Of a stretch of DNA of 64,000 nt, positions 16,464-27,339 are shown piece after piece (the first letter of the stretch is position 1; every line of letters begins with the position of its first letter). The translations under genes and the position numbers were made by a program. The stretch is from a virus (lineage: Duplodnaviria > Caudoviricetes). Location: IMG/VR virus record IMGVR_UViG_3300031555_001562; one strand, given 5' to 3'. The notes under the pieces were generated by a model, which made no database searches, was not told where the DNA came from, and was given only the letters and a program-made list of their open reading frames with translations.

Positions 16464-18288
16464 GGCATCTGCAAAGAAACATTATAAGAACCGTAATGCA
16501 GACGAAAGACAGGCAGAGTTGTATAGGAAGTTCCCATCTGATAGTTTTCTTGGAAACGAGACAAACATGGATCATTTCATTCAGTGGGTAACTTTCTTCA
16601 GAAGAAATTTACATAGATTTGCAATGGATTATCTGGGCATTAAACTTCACTTATACCAGATAATCATGTTGTATATGATGGGAATCAACAACTTCATTGT
16701 TGTTATTGCCAGTCGTGCATCTGCAAAATCATTCATCATTGCATTGTATGCATGTTGCAGATGTATTTTGTATCCAAACTCAATGATCGTTCTATCATCC
16801 GCCACAAAGGGTCAGAGTAAGCTTCTGGTTTCTGAAAAGATTCAGAAGGAGCTTATGACGATATCTCCAATTTTGCGGAAAGAGATTCTGAGAGTTAAGG
16901 ATAACCAGAACGAAGTTATCGTTTATTTCAGAAACCATAGCACAATCACTGTTGTCCCGGCATCTGAAAACGGACGTGGCTACAGATCAAATGTTATCGT
17001 CAGAGAAGAGTTCAGACAGATCAAGAAATCTGTTGATGATAGTATTCTTTCTCCTTTCCAGATCATTAGACAGACACCGTACATGAAAGACGAATTTTAT
17101 GTGAATGTCAAAGAGCTGGAGGAAGAAACGATTGATATCTATATCTCTTCTAGTTGGTTCGATAATGGACACTGGATGTGGGAAATTGTTGACCAGGCGT
17201 ATGACGAGATGCTTAAAGGAAAATCTTCATGTCTGCTTGCATTCGATGAATCCATTGCTATTAAGCACAAGATTAAGACAATGCGCTATTTCCAGACTGA
17301 AAAGAAGAAACAGGATCCAATCACGTGGCAGCTCGAATTTATGAATGCACGACTGAAAGAAAACCAGTTTGCATTCTTTACATACGGTATGCTTCAGCAG
17401 AATCAGCGTGTTATGAAACCGTTCTATCCACGGTCAATGATTGATTTCAGAATCAACAAAAAGAATCCATATGACATCCCAAAGCAAAAGGGAGAAATTC
17501 GAATAATTTCTTGTGATATGGCTTTCGTTGAAAACAAGAAAAACGATAATTCAATTTTCTCATGCATGCGCCTACTGCCGGACTATACCACATACAATCG
17601 TGAGTCTTCCGGCGATATCAAGATTGACAATGGCTACCGGAGAATTGTTTCTTATTTGGAATCTGTTCAGGGTGGAGACGTGACAAGACAAGCTCTAAGA
17701 ATCAGACAGCTATTTGAGGATTTCGGCGCAGACTATATTGTGCTTGACCTTAGAAATGCTGGTATTTCTATCTATGACTTGCTTGCACGAATCATGTATG
17801 ACGATGAGAGAGACGTTGAGTACTCTCCCCTGTCATGTATGAATGATGAGTCAATCGCAAACAGAATTAAGATTGAGGGCGCAAATCCATGCATCTTTGT
17901 AATCAATGCAACACAGAAGCTTAACAGCGACATTGCGCTTGATTTCAGAAGAGTGCTGGAAAACAAACAAATCGATCTTCTGATTAGCTTTGAAAAGGCT
18001 AACGAGGAAGTTTTGCCAAATATAAAAGAGTACATTAACTCACCGGATGCCGATCTTCAGTTCTTCTATGAAGCTCCATTCTTCGAGACACAGGAATTTA
18101 TCAGTGAGACCACTGGCCTGGTATACGAGAAGAAGCCGCAGACGGGTGTTATTGTCATATCCGAGCAAGGTAATAACCGAAAAGATAGATACACTTCCGT
18201 TTCGTATGGTTCATGGTTTGCTTCAGCTCTTGAAAAAGATTTGATTTCTGCAAACGATGACTATGAGGTTTCGGTGTTTATCAACTAG
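16444..18288 (+). CDS. Terminase large subunit
   Basis: LHLYQ adenine motif, Walker A variant SRASAKS, Walker B variant IVREE, nuclease acids in ISCDMA, LDLRN and KDRYTS; upstream of portal. Confidence 0.85.
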   Translation: MSLQTNEASAKKHYKNRNADERQAELYRKFPSDSFLGNETNMDHFIQWVTFFRRNLHRFAMDYLGIKLHLYQIIMLYMMGINNFIVVIASRASAKSFIIALYACCRCILYPNSMIVLSSATKGQSKLLVSEKIQKELMTISPILRKEILRVKDNQNEVIVYFRNHSTITVVPASENGRGYRSNVIVREEFRQIKKSVDDSILSPFQIIRQTPYMKDEFYVNVKELEEETIDIYISSSWFDNGHWMWEIVDQAYDEMLKGKSSCLLAFDESIAIKHKIKTMRYFQTEKKKQDPITWQLEFMNARLKENQFAFFTYGMLQQNQRVMKPFYPRSMIDFRINKKNPYDIPKQKGEIRIISCDMAFVENKKNDNSIFSCMRLLPDYTTYNRESSGDIKIDNGYRRIVSYLESVQGGDVTRQALRIRQLFEDFGADYIVLDLRNAGISIYDLLARIMYDDERDVEYSPLSCMNDESIANRIKIEGANPCIFVINATQKLNSDIALDFRRVLENKQIDLLISFEKANEEVLPNIKEYINSPDADLQFFYEAPFFETQEFISETTGLVYEKKPQTGVIVISEQGNNRKDRYTSVSYGSWFASALEKDLISANDDYEVSVFIN

Positions 18289-18304
18289 AAAGGAGGAAGA
18301 AGTT

Positions 18305-19936
18305 ATGCCAGACAATGCTTCTGCTTCCTCTGCTCCTAAGAAGAGAGGGAGACATCCTAAGAATAAAGCAGCGGAAGTGAATACTTCTCAGGAAGTAACA
18401 AATGAATTTTGCACAATGAACAGTTCATTGGCATATACCTATAGCTATTTTGGCTTAAACATTTTTGATCTATATTCTCAAGAACAATTGGCAGATCTTG
18501 TCCGGGATCCAATTGCCAATAATGAAATTTTGAGAGAATTGTCTATGATCCTATATGGAACAAATGGTGCTTTCACAAATACTGTTGACTATATGACTGC
18601 AATGCCTACCCTAGATAAAGTCATTGTGACACACGGAAGAAGCAAGAACAAGAAGAAACAGAATAAGGAACTTATGGAATCAGTGTTGCGCACTATCCGT
18701 GATAAGGAAGTTATTCGTGATGCTCTGTTCCGTGGAATGATCGAGGGACTGGCATTTTACTATTTTGAGACAACAACTACCCCGGCATCCAGGCAGAAGT
18801 TCATGACCGACTATGATGTTGATAGCGTCATGGAGATCAATGAACTTGGCGTGAATGCAAGTATTGTTTCTCTGCCGACAAAGTATACGAAGATTGTCGG
18901 AAGAAAGAATTCTTCATATGTCATTGCTTTCAATCTGGATTACTTTGATATTGCTGATGGTGAATCAAGAGAGAAGAAACTTCGCAAGTATCCAAAGGAA
19001 ATCCGTGAAGCATATGAGCGTCGTGATAAGGAAGTAACGAACGGAAACTGGGTAGTCCTTGATAGCTCAAAGACAATTGTTCATAAGATTCGTTCCAAGA
19101 GAGAAGAACCTTATGGCAGACCTATCGTTCTTGCAGCTATTAGTGACATTCTGTATGGAGACTATTTCACACAGACAAAGCGCAATGTTCTTGACGAGAT
19201 CAACAACAGAATCGTGTATATGACTTTCCCTGAAGGTAAAGAAAAGGGTACTTCTGCACTAACCAAAACACAGCAGGAGAAGCAGCATAATGCTGTTAAA
19301 GGCGCTGTAATGAACAAGAATAATCGTGGCGGAATTTCTTTCTTCTCTGTTGCTTCAGGAACAAAGATCAGTGCGATTGATACACAGAATACAGATATCT
19401 TTGATGATAAGTATGAATCCAATCTGAATGACAAAATCTCATTGGATCTTGGTATTGCCGGATCATTGTTGAATGGTGTCGGTAGCGGTACATATTCTGC
19501 CCAGCAAAATAACTTGGAGTTGCTATCAGCACAGCTATTCCAGTGGATCGAACAGATCTCAGCTGAACTGAATAAGTGCATTTCTGCAAACATCATCAAG
19601 GATAGTAAGAATTGGGTTGAGTGCAAGTATCTGCCTATCACTCATGTCAACAAGAAAGAAATGGTTGGCTACATGAAAGACTTGTGGCTACAGGCTGGTG
19701 GTTCTATGTCTGCCTACATTGCATCTTGCGGCATTTCTCCCGATGCTTATTATGCCTTGCTTGACGAAGAAATTGAGAATGGCATTTACGAGAAGTATAA
19801 GCCCCATGCGACATCATATACGATGTCTGGTGAAGAAAACGCTGGTGGAAGACCTGAAACTGATAATCCTACGGAGAATACCGTGAAGTCTCAGGCCAAC
19901 AACGGAAATTCAATTCCGTCCCCATCTGACAAGTAA
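18305..19936 (+). CDS. Portal protein
   Basis: Size, position after TerL, PYGRP motif, C-terminal GGRP; AAGGAGG RBS. Confidence 0.8.
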   Translation: MPDNASASSAPKKRGRHPKNKAAEVNTSQEVTNEFCTMNSSLAYTYSYFGLNIFDLYSQEQLADLVRDPIANNEILRELSMILYGTNGAFTNTVDYMTAMPTLDKVIVTHGRSKNKKKQNKELMESVLRTIRDKEVIRDALFRGMIEGLAFYYFETTTTPASRQKFMTDYDVDSVMEINELGVNASIVSLPTKYTKIVGRKNSSYVIAFNLDYFDIADGESREKKLRKYPKEIREAYERRDKEVTNGNWVVLDSSKTIVHKIRSKREEPYGRPIVLAAISDILYGDYFTQTKRNVLDEINNRIVYMTFPEGKEKGTSALTKTQQEKQHNAVKGAVMNKNNRGGISFFSVASGTKISAIDTQNTDIFDDKYESNLNDKISLDLGIAGSLLNGVGSGTYSAQQNNLELLSAQLFQWIEQISAELNKCISANIIKDSKNWVECKYLPITHVNKKEMVGYMKDLWLQAGGSMSAYIASCGISPDAYYALLDEEIENGIYEKYKPHATSYTMSGEENAGGRPETDNPTENTVKSQANNGNSIPSPSDK

Positions 19937-19962
19937 ACAAAAATCGTGGAGTGATTTTGAAT

Positions 19963-20136
19963 ATGAATAGTTTTGATATTGAATATCAAACTCAATGGAG
20001 AGCTGAAGTGGATTTCCTACATTCTGTTGGAATTCGTTATGCTTTTGTAAAAAGAGTAAATGGTATTCCAACTTATAAGTACACTAAAAACGGTGAGTTG
20101 TTCAAGCAACTTGCCATTTTTTATAGCAAAAGATAA
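19963..20136 (+). CDS. Small DUF5659-like protein
   Basis: FL..GI...F..YKY..L..L..F pattern; family call from memory. Confidence 0.55.
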   Translation: MNSFDIEYQTQWRAEVDFLHSVGIRYAFVKRVNGIPTYKYTKNGELFKQLAIFYSKR

Positions 20137-20158
20137 GTGTGCTGAGTGATTAACAGGA

Positions 20159-20908
20159 GTGATTACAATGTCTAAAAGAAAAACTCATGCTCAATTTATG
20201 AGCGAATTAGAATTGATTAGCCCAGATATTGAATTATGTGAACAGTATCGTAATAAGCGGACTAAAGTTCATTGTCGTTGTAAAGTGGATCATCATGAGT
20301 GGCATGCATTTCCATCTAATTTGTTAGCTGGTAGAGGTTGTCCCAAATGTAATGGTGGTTCATTTATTGGAAATAAGGAATTCCTTAAACGCTTGAATGA
20401 TATTCATAAAGGTAAAATTATATCTCTCGATGAATATAAGGGTAATCAGGTAAATATCCGATTCCAATGTACAGTATGCGATCATACGTGGACTGCAATG
20501 CCACATAATGTGATAAACCACTCGCAAACTGGCTGTCCTCTTTGCAAAGCTTCAAAAGGTGAAAAGAGAATTCAAAAGTATTTGGAAGATAACCTTTTTG
20601 AGTTTGACTCACAAAAGAGTTTTGATGGTTTGTTTGGTGTTGGTGGTGGCCTGTTGAGGTATGATTTCTTTGTGCCAAAACACAACTTACTTATTGAATA
20701 TCATGGGATTCAACATGAAAAACCAATAGACTTTGATGGATTTGGTGTAGAAGATTCTATAGAACGATTTAACAATCTCGTTGAGCATGATGGTAGAAAA
20801 GTTGATTTTGCCAACCGAAATAATATCGATCTACTTGTTATTTGGTATTATGATTTTGACAAAATCGATCAAATTCTAGCCGATAATTTACGGCAAAATT
20901 TATTATAA
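20159..20908 (+). CDS. Free-standing homing-endonuclease-like protein (Zn-ribbon repeats plus Vsr/PD-(D/E)xK-type nuclease)
   Basis: Two C..H.W...GCP.C repeats; YDFFVP..NLLIEYHGIQH and D..K motifs; AT-richer than neighbours. Confidence 0.75.
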   Translation: MITMSKRKTHAQFMSELELISPDIELCEQYRNKRTKVHCRCKVDHHEWHAFPSNLLAGRGCPKCNGGSFIGNKEFLKRLNDIHKGKIISLDEYKGNQVNIRFQCTVCDHTWTAMPHNVINHSQTGCPLCKASKGEKRIQKYLEDNLFEFDSQKSFDGLFGVGGGLLRYDFFVPKHNLLIEYHGIQHEKPIDFDGFGVEDSIERFNNLVEHDGRKVDFANRNNIDLLVIWYYDFDKIDQILADNLRQNLL

Positions 20909-20910
20909 CA

Positions 20911-20941
20911 GGAGAACCGTCTTATTGATGGTTCTCTTTTT
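20911..20941 (+). terminator. Rho-independent terminator
   Basis: GAGAACCGTC/GATGGTTCTC hairpin followed by a T-run. Confidence 0.7.
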
Positions 20942-20975
20942 ATATACAACTACACACGAAAGGCGGTGAAAAAGT

Positions 20976-22175
20976 ATGAAACTGTTTGAAATTTCTAGCA
21001 AGCGTAATAAAAATGGTCGCCGGAAGTTCAAAGCTATTTTATACAGAATCTTTCCTGATTCTTGTGTGGATGAAAACAATCAAGTTGGCACTATGTACAA
21101 CAAAAACGGCATTACATGGCTAAGAGAGTATTGTGAAAAGGCTCTGCCAAGTATCAAAGGAATGAGCCTTCGTTGTGAATTTACTGACGATGAACGAACC
21201 GAACTTTTGGGTCATGGAGACACTGACATCATTGATGGAACTCCTGTTTTTGAAGATGCGGTTGTTATCGGTACATTTACCAATGGCTACATAGACGATA
21301 TTGAAACAGAGGAAGGCGTTATCACTGTTTGTATTGGCGAAGGTGAAATCGATGCTCAATGCTATCACAATTTTGTTTCTAAGTTGGACGAAGATATTTC
21401 TAAAGGTATATATCCAAGTGGTAGTGTTGAAATAATGCGAACAGAAGACAACGATGGAATTGTGTACAAATACGGTTATGTAGACAATGGCAGAATTCCA
21501 TGTGAGTTTATTCATTCTGGCTATGCTTTGTTGGGTATTACACCAGCTGATGATAATGCTAAGTTGATTGAACTAAACGAAAAAAACAAGGAGGATTCAG
21601 AAAAAATGACTGAAAATGAAATCAAGGCTATTGTTGAGCAGACTGTTTCTACGCTGTCCGCTCATGTTGCCGAACTGAATCAGTGCAAGGCTGATTGCGA
21701 AACTAAGATTGCAGAGGCTAATGAACAGGTTGCCACTGTTACTGCTGAAAAGAATGAACTACAGGCTAGTTCTGAAGCAATTCAGAAGGCTCTGGATGAG
21801 GCTCGTGAAGAGCTGTCTGAGAAGTACAAGGAAATTGATGCCCTGTACGAAGAGCTGAACGAACTGCGTGAAGAACTGGGCAAGGCCAAGGCTCGTGAGC
21901 GTGTTGGCGAGATGAATTCTGCTATTGCTTCTTTCTCTGATGAGGAAAAGGCTTATGCAAAGGATGAAATCGCTGCTTTCGAGGCCAATCCTGTCGAGTC
22001 TGAGATCAATTCTGTCGTGAACAAGATCTGGGAAGGCATTGGCAAGAAGGCCAAGGCAGATGCTGACGCTGCTGCCGCAGCCGTTGTTGCAGAACAGAAC
22101 TCCGCAGTCGAAGTCGAAGATATTTTCAGCGAGGTTGTTATCGCTTCAACCCCCGAAGATACTAATATTTTTTAA
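20976..22175 (+). CDS. Prohead protease/scaffold protein
   Basis: Between portal and capsid genes; globular N-terminus (contains GSVE) and long acidic coiled-coil C-terminus. Confidence 0.65.
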   Translation: MKLFEISSKRNKNGRRKFKAILYRIFPDSCVDENNQVGTMYNKNGITWLREYCEKALPSIKGMSLRCEFTDDERTELLGHGDTDIIDGTPVFEDAVVIGTFTNGYIDDIETEEGVITVCIGEGEIDAQCYHNFVSKLDEDISKGIYPSGSVEIMRTEDNDGIVYKYGYVDNGRIPCEFIHSGYALLGITPADDNAKLIELNEKNKEDSEKMTENEIKAIVEQTVSTLSAHVAELNQCKADCETKIAEANEQVATVTAEKNELQASSEAIQKALDEAREELSEKYKEIDALYEELNELREELGKAKARERVGEMNSAIASFSDEEKAYAKDEIAAFEANPVESEINSVVNKIWEGIGKKAKADADAAAAAVVAEQNSAVEVEDIFSEVVIASTPEDTNIF

Positions 22176-22198
22176 TTAAAGAAAGGTGGAAATAGACC

Positions 22199-22600
22199 AT
22201 GATTAAGGTTGAAACTCTGGGCATGCTGGATATCGCTAAGATCAATCCCGTGCTGAAGTCTGAAGAAGACGTGAAGAATTACAGCTTCCTAACCGCCGAT
22301 GGCATCCTGTATCTGATCTCCAACACTGTTGTTGGCGATGACGCTTATCTGAAGGATGTCGTGATTCCTGCTGGCGATTTCCTGAATGGTTATCAGGTTG
22401 ACGCATGGGTTGGTCAGAAGCTGGTTATCGATGGCAAGCACATCGAGGGCGGCGTTGCTGCTCTGAATGTTGGCGATGCACTGGTGGTTGCCGAAGACGG
22501 CGGCCTGAAGGCTGGTGCTGCCGCTGGCGTGCATTTTGTCGTTACTGACAAGACCACTCTGACCGAGGCCGCTGTTAAGGCTCGTGTGGCTGTGGCCTAA
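22199..22600 (+). CDS. Putative capsid decoration protein
   Basis: Small beta-rich protein before the major capsid gene; strong codon bias. Confidence 0.55.
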   Translation: MIKVETLGMLDIAKINPVLKSEEDVKNYSFLTADGILYLISNTVVGDDAYLKDVVIPAGDFLNGYQVDAWVGQKLVIDGKHIEGGVAALNVGDALVVAEDGGLKAGAAAGVHFVVTDKTTLTEAAVKARVAVA

Positions 22601-22626
22601 TTTTACGAAAGAGAGGTTAACATAAC

Positions 22627-23733
22627 ATGAATACTACTTACGAACTGAATAATCTGCGTAAGGATGCCGATATGTTCAGCGGCAAGTTCACCAAGAACTC
22701 ACCCGTTGTTGAAATCTTCTCCGCTATGGTCAATGGCGAGGAAGTTTCTAAGTTTGGCGCTAAGGCTGACAAGGCCGTTGCTTACATTAAGGAACTGGGT
22801 TCTCGTTCTGAAAACGGCGATCCCGTTGCTATCTCTGAGCTGAACACTCTGAGACGTTTCGCTATCGAGACTCCTGTTATGCAGGAGCTGAAGCTGCTGG
22901 GTATCTTTGGTTCTTACCAGCACGTCGGCTACGATGAGACCATCGAGCGTGAAATCTACACTCACTCTGGTGAGCGTTCTCGTGAACAGGCTGCTTCTGG
23001 TGATGTCGTGTTCCCCGTCACCACTAAGGAGAGATACACTGTTCCTACCTACACTGTCTCCGGCGGTTACGCTGTTGACTACCGTAGAGTTGCCCTGGGT
23101 GACATGAGCAAGGAAAATGAAGGTATCAACCAGGTCAAGATTGACATCCGTAACCGTGCGCTGCTGTCTATCGTGAACCGCATCTACAAGGCTCTTCAGG
23201 ACGCTACTGGCGTGAAGTTCATGGTTGAGGAAGCTGGTCTGACAAAGACTGCTATCGACGATGTTCTGACTAAGGTTCGTCGGATGGGTAAGCCCACCGT
23301 CATCGGTGACTACGCCCTGATTTCTCAGTTCACTCCTTGGGCTGGTTACGTTGGCTCTGTCAACGGCAACACCATCACTGGTGTTTCTGAGAAGGTCATG
23401 AACGAGCTGGCTGCTAACGGCGCTCTGGCTCAGTACAACGGCGCTATCCTGTCTGAGATGCCCAACCCCTATGACCTGTACAACCTGAATGAAGCTGGCG
23501 ACAACTTCAAGACTCTGCTGCCCGCTGGTCTGGGCTTTGTTATCCCCACTGGCGCTCAGTCTCCCATCGCTACTTATTCTCGTGGCGGTCTGACTTCTTT
23601 CACTGGTAACAACGTCAAGAACGGTAAGATTGAGACTCGTTTCGATCTGGAAATCGGTTGCGACATTGCCAAGGGTCAGGAGTACAAGATTGGTGTCATT
23701 TACGATACCAATGTTGGTGGTCTGGCTGTCTAA
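22627..23733 (+). CDS. Major capsid protein
   Basis: 368 aa, strong high-expression codon bias, synteny, followed by a terminator. Confidence 0.8.
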   Translation: MNTTYELNNLRKDADMFSGKFTKNSPVVEIFSAMVNGEEVSKFGAKADKAVAYIKELGSRSENGDPVAISELNTLRRFAIETPVMQELKLLGIFGSYQHVGYDETIEREIYTHSGERSREQAASGDVVFPVTTKERYTVPTYTVSGGYAVDYRRVALGDMSKENEGINQVKIDIRNRALLSIVNRIYKALQDATGVKFMVEEAGLTKTAIDDVLTKVRRMGKPTVIGDYALISQFTPWAGYVGSVNGNTITGVSEKVMNELAANGALAQYNGAILSEMPNPYDLYNLNEAGDNFKTLLPAGLGFVIPTGAQSPIATYSRGGLTSFTGNNVKNGKIETRFDLEIGCDIAKGQEYKIGVIYDTNVGGLAV

Positions 23734-23747
23734 TAGCTAAAATTATT

Positions 23748-23784
23748 GAGACATCCTATCAGAAATGGTAGGGTGTCTCTTTTT
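23748..23784 (+). terminator. Rho-independent terminator after the capsid gene
   Basis: GAGACATCCTATC/GGTAGGGTGTCTC plus TTTTT. Confidence 0.8.
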
Positions 23785-23804
23785 AGCAATGCAGGAGAAA
23801 TGAT

Positions 23805-23993
23805 ATGGAAAACAAAGAATTTTTCTATTGCTATTCATTAAGACTGTTCCATTATATCTCTGCATTTAGAGAAGAATGTTTGGCATCCAAGATTAACAAG
23901 TTGAGTGGCAAAAGATATTGGGTTTTCAAGAAGTCTGATCGATTGGATAAGATCATCGACTCTTATAACCGAGTGAAATATGAATTTAGTTGA
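23805..23993 (+). CDS. Small DUF5659-like protein
   Basis: FFYCYS.RL.....K.YWVF.KS..L pattern; AGGAG RBS. Confidence 0.6.
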   Translation: MENKEFFYCYSLRLFHYISAFREECLASKINKLSGKRYWVFKKSDRLDKIIDSYNRVKYEFS

Positions 23994-24026
23994 AATCATC
24001 AAAAATAGTTGAAATGAGGAATTGAC

Positions 24027-24506
24027 ATGGCAGAAAAGAATGTTCAGGAAGAACTGGATCTTGACAAGAAAGTAACTGTGCGAAACATTGCCGGTTGGAA
24101 TGTTGGCTTTGCACGCAGAGTTGACGGCTATGGTGATGTTACCATTGCCCCAAATGGCAGCATTAAGCTGAGTAGAAACGAGATCATTGCTCAGATTCAG
24201 AATGGCAATAAGCTGTTCTCCGGTATTGATGGACGTGGTACTCACGCAACGTTGTATATCGACGATGCTCCCACTCGTGTTGAGGTGGAGTTTGATGCTC
24301 CAAGAAAGAAGCAGACCGTGTTTGCACACGAAGATCTTGGCAAGTTATTCGAACATGCTAAGACAGAGTTTGAAAGCGAATTTGTTCGAATTATTCATAC
24401 TCGTGCTGAAAAATATGCGATCATGGAGTATATGCGCAAGGCCGGTGTGAACGATTATTCAAAGATTCGGTTTGCAGAACAGCACACAGGATATAAATTT
24501 CAGTAA
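24027..24506 (+). CDS. Head-associated hypothetical protein
   Basis: Synteny; GAGG RBS. Confidence 0.6.
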   Translation: MAEKNVQEELDLDKKVTVRNIAGWNVGFARRVDGYGDVTIAPNGSIKLSRNEIIAQIQNGNKLFSGIDGRGTHATLYIDDAPTRVEVEFDAPRKKQTVFAHEDLGKLFEHAKTEFESEFVRIIHTRAEKYAIMEYMRKAGVNDYSKIRFAEQHTGYKFQ

Positions 24507-24520
24507 TTAGGTGAATTCGA

Positions 24521-24913
24521 ATGGATAATACACAGGCAAGAGAAGTATTTGACAGCTTTGAAGCCTCATTCCAAGATAAGAGTATTATTCCTGAAGGATT
24601 AGAACTTGAATGGTTACGAAAGGCCGTCGCACGGTATTCCGTTGAGCTGGATCCAATTGAGTTCAATGATACAGAAATGTGCTTTACAAAGAAACTCGAC
24701 AGATATGTAATCGATACTCTGGCTGCTTTTATGAAGCAATCGTATCAGGAAAGAGAAGTTTCAAAAGTGAATAAGCGTGTTTCTATCGTCGGTAAAGACA
24801 TTAGTATCGACGGAAATAATGGTTCAAAGACCGCAGCTAGATCAGAATTGGAATACGACGATGCAAAATCTGCCCAGATGATCCATAACCAAATGCCGAC
24901 TGCATACGTGTAA
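24521..24913 (+). CDS. Putative head-tail adaptor
   Basis: Size and position after the capsid module. Confidence 0.5.
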   Translation: MDNTQAREVFDSFEASFQDKSIIPEGLELEWLRKAVARYSVELDPIEFNDTEMCFTKKLDRYVIDTLAAFMKQSYQEREVSKVNKRVSIVGKDISIDGNNGSKTAARSELEYDDAKSAQMIHNQMPTAYV

Positions 24914-24924
24914 GGCGGTGTATT

Positions 24925-25992
24925 ATGGCACAAGAATGGTATCTTTTGAAGAGTCCGCACAGTCAGTTGAGCGGATATGAAACAGAGGCTTTGAATGATT
25001 TTGCAGAAGAGGGATTCCTGGAGGCTCTTGACTCTGGAATTGCGGTGGATGTAGAACTGTGCAATTATGATCTATCTGATTGCAAACAAATCCGGGCTAT
25101 CGTAGAACATACAGTCCAGGATACCAAATTGAAAACACTGACTCGTCTGTTGCTTGTGCCTATTGGAACATGCAAGGCCGGAATGTACGTAAAGTACAAA
25201 AACAGATTTTGGCTTATTACTGGACTCGTTGATGATAATACGATGTACGAGAAAGCTGTCATGCAGATCTGCAACTATTATTTGACATGGGTCAACGATG
25301 ACGGAAAGATTGTCCAGAGATGGGCAAACATTACGTCAGCCTCACAGTATAACAACGGTGAGACAAGCACTGAGAATTACAGTGTGAGAAGCGATCAGCT
25401 GATGATTCTTACTCCGGACGATGATGAATGCTTGCTTCTCGATCAGGGAAAGCGGTTTATCATCGATCAGCGGTGCAAAGTGTATGAAAAGCACTTTGAC
25501 GCTACTGTTGAGAAAGATACTAGCAAACCAGTTATGGTTTATCAGCTGACAAGAGCCGACTCTGTTCTGTTTGACTACCAAGATAGTGGTCATTATGAAT
25601 TCATGGTATACCAGGACGAACAACGAGAACAAGATGGCTACTACGTCATTGATGGTAAGGGATATTGGCTGTGCGAGAACGTAAAGTATGATGGTATAGC
25701 AGGACTGTTATCTTGCGCAATTGAGTGTGAATCCGCAGAAATCTACGATGGACTTGAAGCTGGCGAATTTGTCGCAAAGTTCTATGATTCTGACGGCAAC
25801 ACTGTTGCAGCAGATCCTACATGGAACATCTCTTGCGATTTCATTGATGATCTGGTTATTTCGTATGTTGAAGATACAATCCTGATTTCTGTTGATAATC
25901 CAAAATTGGTCAATAAATCATTTGAGCTATCTTTGAGCGGAAACGGATACGAACCAGTAACCATTTCAGTTACAATCAAAGCATTCTTATAA
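24925..25992 (+). CDS. Putative head closure/neck protein with Ig-like C-terminus
   Basis: Synteny; G.YV....FWLI motif; beta-rich C-terminus. Confidence 0.5.
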   Translation: MAQEWYLLKSPHSQLSGYETEALNDFAEEGFLEALDSGIAVDVELCNYDLSDCKQIRAIVEHTVQDTKLKTLTRLLLVPIGTCKAGMYVKYKNRFWLITGLVDDNTMYEKAVMQICNYYLTWVNDDGKIVQRWANITSASQYNNGETSTENYSVRSDQLMILTPDDDECLLLDQGKRFIIDQRCKVYEKHFDATVEKDTSKPVMVYQLTRADSVLFDYQDSGHYEFMVYQDEQREQDGYYVIDGKGYWLCENVKYDGIAGLLSCAIECESAEIYDGLEAGEFVAKFYDSDGNTVAADPTWNISCDFIDDLVISYVEDTILISVDNPKLVNKSFELSLSGNGYEPVTISVTIKAFL

Positions 25993-26005
25993 GGAGGTCT
26001 AGGAC

Positions 26006-26494
26006 ATGGCAAAGAGAAAAACTACCGCAGAACGTGGTAAGTTCAAAACCGAGATCTCAACCGCACTCTATAAGAATGCCGACATTCGTGATCTTATTTT
26101 GGGTGATACTGAAGGAATGAGTTCAAGGCAGATTCAAACTGCTTTCAAAGAACATGTGAAGTCTCACTTATTTATAGATGATACTATCACGGAATCTACT
26201 AGCTACATCTTCTATGATGTGCGTTTCCCATATATGCATTCTAATGTGAAAACATGTCAGATTGTTATGTATGCCATTTGCCACAGAGACATTTTGGAAA
26301 CATACTCTAAGGATGGATATTACGGTGATCGAGCAGATATTCTAGCTCAGATGATCGAAGACACGCTCATTAACGACGAGGACGTTGCTAATAGCTTTGG
26401 CATTGGTAAATTGAATTTAGACGGCGTAGAGATTTACAATGCAACAAGATTCTATGGGTGCATTATGTACTTTAGTGTGCCTAACTTCCGGTAA
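26006..26494 (+). CDS. Putative tail terminator
   Basis: Synteny and size. Confidence 0.45.
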   Translation: MAKRKTTAERGKFKTEISTALYKNADIRDLILGDTEGMSSRQIQTAFKEHVKSHLFIDDTITESTSYIFYDVRFPYMHSNVKTCQIVMYAICHRDILETYSKDGYYGDRADILAQMIEDTLINDEDVANSFGIGKLNLDGVEIYNATRFYGCIMYFSVPNFR

Positions 26495-26499
26495 TAAAA

Positions 26500-27288
26500 G
26501 TGCGATTTGATTACGGAACACAACTTAACCCCAATCCGATACCGCTGTCTATCGGAACATTGAAGAAACCAACGTTAAATGAAATCAGCGCATTGACGTT
26601 CGATAAGTTCAATATGTTCGAGGCGTTTTTGAAAATGACACCTGAGCAATTCTTCACGAAATTCAAAGAAGATGGTCAGGAATACTGGGATTCTCTTACC
26701 GAGGAACGGCAAGATACAATTACCATGTATGATCTCTTGATGGACGATCCTGCCCTCCAGGATACATATGTAGAGATTTTTGACTTCTTCTTTGTTGAGC
26801 AAGTAATCTTCAAAGAGGGTTTATTTATCATTCTCAAGCAATCAATTGAGAAAGACGCTGATATCATTGCTGAGAATGTTCGTGGAGTGATTCACGATAA
26901 GACTTTTACGCAGATTCTTGATCTTCTGCAACAGATATGCTGTATTCATGAAAAAGAAACGGCAATTGAAGACATGAAGTTCAAGAATAACATGGCGAGA
27001 AAGTTATATGAAAAAATGCTAAAAGCGCAGAAGAAAGAAAGAGAGAATAAAAAGGCAGACATCAACATGTCTTTGCCCAATATTATATCTTCTGTTTCAA
27101 ACGCACATCCATCAATCAATTTATTGAATGTGTGGGATTTGACTGTGTTTCAGTTGCTTGATTCATTCAACCGGCTACAAGTGAATTCCATGTTTAAGAT
27201 TGATTGTACTAGGGTGTCTGTTTGGGGAGATGAGAAGAAAACTTTCGATGCGGCGCTTTGGTATAAAAATCATTACGATTCGAAATGA
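26500..27288 (+). CDS. Tail-module hypothetical protein
   Basis: 262-aa ORF in the tail module. Confidence 0.6.
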   Translation: MRFDYGTQLNPNPIPLSIGTLKKPTLNEISALTFDKFNMFEAFLKMTPEQFFTKFKEDGQEYWDSLTEERQDTITMYDLLMDDPALQDTYVEIFDFFFVEQVIFKEGLFIILKQSIEKDADIIAENVRGVIHDKTFTQILDLLQQICCIHEKETAIEDMKFKNNMARKLYEKMLKAQKKERENKKADINMSLPNIISSVSNAHPSINLLNVWDLTVFQLLDSFNRLQVNSMFKIDCTRVSVWGDEKKTFDAALWYKNHYDSK

Positions 27289-27339
27289 GCAGTCCACTTT
27301 TGAGTGGGCTGTTTTAACTTTTACAAGGAGGAAATAACT

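Noticed and set aside
20159-20908. Free-standing endonuclease as mobiliser of the tape measure intron
   Set aside because: It lies 13 kb away and such enzymes normally cut close to their own gene; no supporting evidence
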